Origin: Cyclobacteriaceae bacterium
GTDB lineage: Bacteria; Bacteroidota; Bacteroidia; Cytophagales; Cyclobacteriaceae
Assembly (NCBI GenBank): GCA_947458585.1
Contig: CANGYY010000003.1
Span: forward strand, 17,363 to 81,362
Reading direction: 5' to 3'
Length of the DNA stretch: 64,000 nt
Shown here piece by piece: positions 58,069 through 64,000 of the stretch. The translations under genes and the position numbers were made by a program. The notes below the pieces were generated by a model. The model made no database searches, had not been told where the DNA came from, and saw nothing but the letters and a program-made list of their open reading frames with translations. The stretch's first letter is position 1. Every line of letters begins with the position of its first letter.

Positions 58069-61000
58069 ATGAAAAAAATAACCCATCCCGCCTTACTCCT
58101 TGCCTTGGGGGCAACGGTAAGCATGGCTGCTTGGATGCCTAAAACGACGGAATTTCTTTTTCCCAACCTAGGTACCGAGTCCGTTCAGTCGGATAGCACC
58201 AAAAAAGACTCGCTCAAGAGTTACCCCAAATTCAAAGACCTTCCCCTCAAGCCAGAGCGGGAAGTAAGTTTCACCACTGCCGAAGGTACTTGGATGAGTT
58301 TGGACGTAAGTCCAGATGGCAAAACCATCGCCTTTGACTTGATGGGAGACATTTACACCATGCCACTAGAAGGAGGCAAAGCCACGCCATTCACCTCGGG
58401 TATGGCCTACGAAACCCACCCACGTTATTCCCCAGATGGCAATAAGCTTTTATTTACTTCGGACCGTGCTGGAAATGACAACCTTTGGTACATCGATCTA
58501 GTGAAAAAGGACACCGTACAGGTGACCAAAGACAAGACGGGAGACGTGCCCGGAGCCCATTGGACTCCAGACGGAGAATACATCATCGTATCCAAAGGAA
58601 GACGAGTATCCAAACTATGGATGTACCACAAAGATGGGGGTGGAGGCATCCAACTCAACGATGCCCCTGCAACGATGAAGACCATCGATCCCTTTGTAAG
58701 TCCTGACGGAAAGAAAGTGTATTTCTCTTGGAGAACCGGTTCTTGGAATTACAATGCTACACTTCCTCAATACCAAATCGGCTATTACGATTTTGATAAA
58801 GGAAAAATCACCAGCATCACTTCGCGCTACGGATCCGCCTTTACCCCTACCTTGAGTAAGGATGGCAACTGGATGGTCTATGGTACCAGATGGGAGGATA
58901 AAACGGGTTTGGTCATCCGAAACCTCAAAACTGGGGACGAAAAATGGCTAGCCTACCCGGTACAGCGGGATGAACAGGAGTCCATCGCTCCACAAGGAGT
59001 ACTTCCAGCCATGGCCTTTACTCCAGACAGCAAGCACGTAATTGCTTCTTATGGAGGAAAATTCTGGAAACTTCCAGTAGATGGAAGTGCCGCCACAGAG
59101 ATTCCATTCCAGGCGGATGTGAATGTGGCCATGGGTCCTCGCTTGTATTTCAATTACGAAATTCCAGATACTACGCACAAGATGGCCAACCAGATCCGTG
59201 ATGCGGTTCCTTCTCCAGATGGAAAAAAATTGGCCTTCACTGCGCTCAACCGTCTGTATGTGATGGACTATCCAAACGGTACGCCCAAGCGTGTGACCAA
59301 ACATGAGTTTACCGAAGCCATGCCTGCCTGGAGTCCAGATGGCAGCCAATTGACCTTCGTGACTTGGGAAGAAAAAAATGGAGGAAGCCTCTACAAAGCC
59401 AGTCTTGGAGACAAAGGTGTAGTCACCAAGGTCACTACGGAGTCTGCATTTTATTCAGGTCCAGTATGGGGTCCTAAAAACCGAATCCTCGTATTCAAAG
59501 GTCCAAAAAGAGCCTTAATTGAGGCAGAAGGTCCTTTTGTGGATGGTTCAGAAGGTGAACTAGTTTGGATTCCTGCCGCAGGAGGCACCTTCCGCAAAGT
59601 GATGGACGCCGGAAATTACGGCAATGCGCACTTTACGCAAGACACCAGCAGAATCTTCCTCAACGGAGGAGGAGGAGCGCTCCTTAGCGTCAAGTGGGAT
59701 GGAACAGACGAAAAAATTCATGCGCGCATCACAGGGATCACTCCTTTTGGTTCGGCCGCTGATCCAGAACATGCTGGGCATGGACATAGCCAAGATGTAC
59801 GTTACGTGATGGGCAAGGCATTTTCGAATGCTGATGCAGTCAACTACTGCATGCTTCCTGAAGGATCCAACTCCCGTGAGCCCAACATGATGCCTGCCAG
59901 TGCGAGCACAATTTACATGGCTCCAGTAGGAAATAAGGCTTTGGCTCAAATCAACAACAACGTCTACGTGGTCACCATCCCTGCAGCGGGCAAAGTACCT
60001 ACTATCAACGTAGCTGAGCCGAGCGCAAGTAACTTCCCTTCTAGACAATTGACCGAGATCGGTGGAGAATGGCCTTACTGGGAAGCCAATGGCAAAAAAG
60101 TACACTGGTCCCTAGGCAATGGACACTGGGTGTATGATATCAGTAGAGCAGAATTTGTGGAAGACTCCGTCAAAACTGCCAAGAAAGATAAAGTTCGCTT
60201 TGATGCGGATAGCGTAAGCACTTTAAAAGCAAAAGGAGAGGCTGCTGTGAAATTGGCTGATTCCTTGGCCAAGGCAGACAAGAAGCGAATCGATTCCCTT
60301 TTCAAAGCAGATAAAGGACTATTCAAGGCGGACAGCCTCCACAAAGCGGATCTCAAAAAGAAAGAAAGCTACAGCCCTAGCGAGCAGCAGGTAAAGGTTT
60401 TCTTTGCCAAGGATACTCCTAAAGGAAGCATTTTGCTTCAAAATGCACGAATTGTCACCATGAAAGGAGATGAGGTCATCGAACAAGGAGACATTCTCAT
60501 TGAAAACAACCGAATCAAAGCGGTAGGAAAAACAGGCACCCTAGATGCTGCAGGCGCGAAAGTGATCGATGCCTCTGGCAAAACCATCACCCCTGGATTT
60601 ATCGATACCCATGCGCACATGTGGCCTACTTGGGGATTGCATAAAAACTCGGTATGGATCTATGCTGCCAACCTGGCATATGGGGTGACTACTACCCGTG
60701 ACCCACAGACAGCCACTACAGACGTGCTTACCTATGGAGACATGGTGGATGCAGGCATGATTCCTGGACCACGCGTGTATTCTACAGGTCCAGGTGTGGG
60801 CTACTGGATGTACAACCTGAAGTCTTTGGAGCAAACCAAGAGCGTGCTCAAGCAATACAGCAAGTACTACAATACCCAGTACATCAAAATGTACTTGGTG
60901 GGTAACAGACAGCATCGTCAGTGGGTAATCATGGCTGCGAAGGAGCAGAAATTGATGCCTACGACCGAAGGAGGCTTGGACTACAAACTCAACATGACCC

Positions 61001-61689
61001 AGCTTTTTGACGGCTATCCAGGTCATGAACACTCCATTCCAGTGTTCCCATTGTACAAGGACGTAACCCAGACCGTGGCCAAAAGTAAGATGGCTTACAC
61101 GCCTACTCTTCTAGTAGCTTACGGAGGACCATGGGCAGAAAACTTCTATTACACCACGGAAAGCCCACTTCACGATCCGAAGCTCAACCATTTTACCCCT
61201 TACAACGAACTCAATGAGAAGGCTCGTAGAAGAGTGGGTGGACTTGGGGGCTGGTTTGCTCCAGAAGACCATGTTTTCCAAAAGCATGCCCAAGGAGTAA
61301 ATTCCATCATCACGCAAGGAGGTATTGCCGGTGTAGGATCGCATGGACAGCTTCAAGGACTAGGCTACCACTGGGAGCTTTGGTCCATCGCAAGTGGAGA
61401 TATGAAAAACTTAGACGCCTTGAAGGTTGCAACCATATTGGGCGCTGAAGCGCTTGGTTTGGACAAGGAACTGGGAAGTATTGAGGCCGGCAAATTGGCC
61501 GACTTGGTAATCCTAGACAAAAATCCATTGGAGAACATCCGAAATACAAACACCATCACCCACGTGGTGAAAGATGGTCGCGTGTATGATGGCGGAACCT
61601 TGGACGAAATCCTGCCTACACCACGTAAACTGGATGCCAGTCAGTGGACCAAGGAAGCGCCTAAGGTGACTACGACGGTGAAAGAATAG
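58069..61689 (+). CDS. Exported amidohydrolase with N-terminal PD40/TolB-like propeller
   Basis: Several SPDG/TPDG repeats; PGFIDTHAH and GSIEAGKLADLVIL motifs. Confidence 0.9.
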   Translation: MKKITHPALLLALGATVSMAAWMPKTTEFLFPNLGTESVQSDSTKKDSLKSYPKFKDLPLKPEREVSFTTAEGTWMSLDVSPDGKTIAFDLMGDIYTMPLEGGKATPFTSGMAYETHPRYSPDGNKLLFTSDRAGNDNLWYIDLVKKDTVQVTKDKTGDVPGAHWTPDGEYIIVSKGRRVSKLWMYHKDGGGGIQLNDAPATMKTIDPFVSPDGKKVYFSWRTGSWNYNATLPQYQIGYYDFDKGKITSITSRYGSAFTPTLSKDGNWMVYGTRWEDKTGLVIRNLKTGDEKWLAYPVQRDEQESIAPQGVLPAMAFTPDSKHVIASYGGKFWKLPVDGSAATEIPFQADVNVAMGPRLYFNYEIPDTTHKMANQIRDAVPSPDGKKLAFTALNRLYVMDYPNGTPKRVTKHEFTEAMPAWSPDGSQLTFVTWEEKNGGSLYKASLGDKGVVTKVTTESAFYSGPVWGPKNRILVFKGPKRALIEAEGPFVDGSEGELVWIPAAGGTFRKVMDAGNYGNAHFTQDTSRIFLNGGGGALLSVKWDGTDEKIHARITGITPFGSAADPEHAGHGHSQDVRYVMGKAFSNADAVNYCMLPEGSNSREPNMMPASASTIYMAPVGNKALAQINNNVYVVTIPAAGKVPTINVAEPSASNFPSRQLTEIGGEWPYWEANGKKVHWSLGNGHWVYDISRAEFVEDSVKTAKKDKVRFDADSVSTLKAKGEAAVKLADSLAKADKKRIDSLFKADKGLFKADSLHKADLKKKESYSPSEQQVKVFFAKDTPKGSILLQNARIVTMKGDEVIEQGDILIENNRIKAVGKTGTLDAAGAKVIDASGKTITPGFIDTHAHMWPTWGLHKNSVWIYAANLAYGVTTTRDPQTATTDVLTYGDMVDAGMIPGPRVYSTGPGVGYWMYNLKSLEQTKSVLKQYSKYYNTQYIKMYLVGNRQHRQWVIMAAKEQKLMPTTEGGLDYKLNMTQLFDGYPGHEHSIPVFPLYKDVTQTVAKSKMAYTPTLLVAYGGPWAENFYYTTESPLHDPKLNHFTPYNELNEKARRRVGGLGGWFAPEDHVFQKHAQGVNSIITQGGIAGVGSHGQLQGLGYHWELWSIASGDMKNLDALKVATILGAEALGLDKELGSIEAGKLADLVILDKNPLENIRNTNTITHVVKDGRVYDGGTLDEILPTPRKLDASQWTKEAPKVTTTVKE

Positions 61690-61701
61690 CAGGAAGTTTT
61701 T

Positions 61702-61747
61702 GTCGACGGTGGATAGACCACGGTCTACAGGCTGACCACAGTCGACA
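61702..61747. repeat. GTCxACR-type heptamer array
   Basis: GTCGACG GTGGATA GACCACG GTCTACA ... GACCACA GTCGACA. Confidence 0.6.
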
Positions 61748-61816
61748 GCACATTGCTTAGACTTCAACATTTATTTCCTTTGGGAGCCCGCTAAATGCGG
61801 TTTTCTAAAAAGTATC

Positions 61817-61852
61817 AAAAAAGCCAGTCAGGATTACTGACTGGCTTTTTTT
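61817..61852. terminator. Bidirectional terminator
   Basis: aaaaaagccagtca-ggattac-tgactggctttttt between convergent genes. Confidence 0.9.
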
Positions 61853-62318
61853 ATGGGTTAAGGGACCAGATGGTCGCGTTTAATACCGTTGCGAAACTTA
61901 CCCAAAGCAGGTAGGGAATCAACAAAGCAGCCGCCCAGGAATTGATTTGGCGAAACTTTAAGATGCAAGCAAGTATCGAAACCCACATCGGGAGAATCAC
62001 TACGAGACCGAGGAGGGGGTTTTGGGCACCAAAAAATGCAGGTGACCAGAGGAAGTTGAGGATTAACTGCACAAAGTACAGGATCAGGGCCTGCTTTTTA
62101 AGCGGGTGATTGCTTTTCCAAATCAGAAAACAAGCAATTCCCATCAGCACATAGAGCGTGGTCCATACCGGACCGAAAAGCCAGCTGGGTGGATTCCAGG
62201 AAGGTTTGTTGAGCGTGAGGTACCAGGTTTGGACGGAGCTTAGGGTAAAAAATGCCCCTAGTCCACCAGCGATTTGCGGGAGAAGCAGGCTGACGAAAAG
62301 TTTGATAGCGTTGGACAT
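61851..62318 (-). CDS. tspO: TspO/MBR tryptophan-rich sensory protein
   Basis: WY..LNKPSWNPP.WLFGPVW and LLIPYLLWVSFA motifs. Confidence 0.95.
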   Translation of the reverse strand: MSNAIKLFVSLLLPQIAGGLGAFFTLSSVQTWYLTLNKPSWNPPSWLFGPVWTTLYVLMGIACFLIWKSNHPLKKQALILYFVQLILNFLWSPAFFGAQNPLLGLVVILPMWVSILACILKFRQINSWAAALLIPYLLWVSFATVLNATIWSLNP

Positions 62319-62321
62319 GGC

Positions 62322-62624
62322 TTAGATCGTTTCCAACAAGGTACGAAAAGCGATGGCTTGATCCTGATACCGCTCCTGAGTTTTGGTGCGCAAAGCAGGC
62401 GCATGCATTCGTTCGTACTGAAGCATGCGATCCATGGACTCCGTAAAGTATTGAATGCAATAGTTGACCGAGCCATCCTCGGAATGATGGACCAAGCGGT
62501 AGAAGACATGATGATGGAAAATCCCTGTAGCCAGGACCTCGGGAATGTGGGTGGATTTCATCCAGGAGATAAAGTCCTCCTCGATAGCTGGGCTCAGGTT
62601 AAAGGTAATATTGTAGAGAATCAT
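62322..62624 (-). CDS. DUF4286-family protein
   Basis: MILYNIT, WMK..HIPEV, Y.IQY and FRTLLE motifs. Confidence 0.85.
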   Translation of the reverse strand: MILYNITFNLSPAIEEDFISWMKSTHIPEVLATGIFHHHVFYRLVHHSEDGSVNYCIQYFTESMDRMLQYERMHAPALRTKTQERYQDQAIAFRTLLETI

Positions 62625-62692
62625 GGCTCTGGTCTTGGGTTTTATTACTTTTGCGTAGAACAATTTCTAGCCCACAAAGTTAGAAATCCCGA

Positions 62693-63385
62693 ATGGAATC
62701 CCCACAAGGCCTCCGAACTATGCATAAAATCGATTCTTCTGAAGTAAAAAATAGGTGGTCACGTGTGGGGATAGGCAAAATTATCTTGGTTGCTTTCCAT
62801 GTAGTCGGCGCCATTGGACTCAGCCTTCCGGAGTACCGAGACCTATTTTTAGCCTTGACTCCCTTTCATTTACTAGCCACGATGGGACTTATTTTGGTCT
62901 ATCACCGAGGGTGGACGGATTCCTTTCCGATTTTCGGAGCGGCAGCATTTTGGATTGGTTTTGGGTCCGAATTGATCGGGATTCATACGGGCTATTTGTA
63001 TGGAGACTATGTGTATGGGCCTACTTTGGGGGTGATGCTGTGGGAGGTCCCTTTGGTGATTGGGGTCAACTGGTTTGTGCTCAGTTACTTGACCGGGTCG
63101 GTATTCCACAAGATTCCCAACGATTGGTATGCGGCCTTTTTGGGTGCCACCGCCATGACTGCATTGGATTACATCTTGGAGCCCGTGGCCGTATCGCTCA
63201 ATTTTTGGGCTTGGAAGTGGGACATCATTCCGGTCAGCAATTACCTAGGCTGGTTTGGAGTATCCTTCCTGATTCAGCTCATCTGGAGAAAGGCCAAGTT
63301 TGAAAAATACAATCCATTGGCCACTTGGCTCTTGATTACTTGGATTCTCTTTTTTACAATTTTAAATTTTACAGTTATTTCTTAA
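62693..63385 (+). CDS. Carotenoid biosynthesis membrane protein (CruF-like hydratase family)
   Basis: E.IG.HTG..YG.Y.YG..LG, VP..IG.NW, D..LEP and P..NY.GW motifs; next to crtZ. Confidence 0.82.
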   Translation: MESPQGLRTMHKIDSSEVKNRWSRVGIGKIILVAFHVVGAIGLSLPEYRDLFLALTPFHLLATMGLILVYHRGWTDSFPIFGAAAFWIGFGSELIGIHTGYLYGDYVYGPTLGVMLWEVPLVIGVNWFVLSYLTGSVFHKIPNDWYAAFLGATAMTALDYILEPVAVSLNFWAWKWDIIPVSNYLGWFGVSFLIQLIWRKAKFEKYNPLATWLLITWILFFTILNFTVIS

Positions 63386-63444
63386 CTCGTTAGTTAAACA
63401 AACTAATCCATAACAATTTAGTCCCTAACCGTGTTTCCTTAGTT

Positions 63445-63891
63445 ATGTTGATGTCTATCGTCTATATCGCTCTTGGATTTGCCGCCATGGAACTCTCTGG
63501 CTGGTTTATTCATAAGTATTTGATGCATGGTCCTCTTTGGATGATTCACAAGACTCATCACCAGCCTTCCCATTCTTTTTTTGAATGGAACGACCTGTTT
63601 TCCCTGCTATTTGGAAGCATTGCGATGGTGTTGATCTTTTTCGGAGTGGAGCAATTGGACTACCGATTTTGGATGGGCGTAGGGATAAGTTTGTACGGCA
63701 TGCTCTATTTTGTATTGCATGACGTCTTGGTTCACCGCCGCTTGCGGTGGTTTAGCAAACCCAAGCATCCTGTATTGAAGGGAATCTACAAAGCACATCA
63801 GGCACATCATAAAACCAACCAAAAAGAGGATGCAGTTTCTTTTGGTTTATTTTTAGTCCCCAAACAATTCTTTAACAAAGAGGAGCAGTGA
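63445..63891 (+). CDS. crtZ: Beta-carotene hydroxylase
   Basis: His boxes HKYLMHG, HKTHH, HDVLVHRR and HQAHH. Confidence 0.92.
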   Translation: MLMSIVYIALGFAAMELSGWFIHKYLMHGPLWMIHKTHHQPSHSFFEWNDLFSLLFGSIAMVLIFFGVEQLDYRFWMGVGISLYGMLYFVLHDVLVHRRLRWFSKPKHPVLKGIYKAHQAHHKTNQKEDAVSFGLFLVPKQFFNKEEQ

Positions 63892-64000
63892 GCACGTATT
63901 CTATAAAAGATCTCGAACAATTGTCAGGCATCAAGGCTCATACGCTACGAATATGGGAGCAGCGTTACAATTTGCTGCAGCCCAAGCGTACGGATACCAA
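63888..64000 (+). CDS. MerR-family regulator, CarH/LitR-like (partial, runs off the window)
   Basis: GTG overlaps the crtZ stop; translates MSTYSIKDLEQLSGIKAHTLRIWEQRYNLLQPKRTDT, a MerR HTH; absent from the ORF track. Confidence 0.85.
   Translation, partial: MSTYSIKDLEQLSGIKAHTLRIWEQRYNLLQPKRTDT

Noticed and set aside
62755-63303. 182-aa alternative-frame ORF within the cruF-like gene, and 62274-62747 antisense to DUF4286
   Set aside because: Both overlap well-supported genes and have no recognisable motifs.

Overview
A gene-dense, mostly housekeeping chromosomal segment from a Bacteroidota bacterium, most likely Cyclobacteriaceae/Algoriphagus-like. This is inferred from TAnnTTTG -7 promoter elements, GldJ, type-2 IleRS, GH3, and the TPM/LemA and carotenoid genes. 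It holds about 50 CDS, including rlmH, slyD, wecB, ileS, lspA, uvrA, lptB, recJ, prmA, tpiA, recX, lemA, mfd, uppP, oxyR, ohr, tspO and crtZ. I found no rRNA, tRNA, CRISPR array, IS or prophage. Most unusual signals: (1) a family of 19-23 nt GGCAGG-ended mini-palindromes, nested inside a BIME-like hairpin array (5759-6164), with one copy inserted exactly in frame into ileS (14181-14201); (2) heptamer-repeat and hairpin structures at convergent gene junctions; (3) a stand-alone nitric oxide synthase oxygenase directly upstream of uvrA; (4) a SusD-less TonB receptor paired with a beta-helix surface lipoprotein; (5) a frameshifted tandem SRPBCC paralogue; (6) a 58-aa protein ending in an RNR-like CxxCGS tail. 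All calls come from reading motifs by eye; no searches were run.
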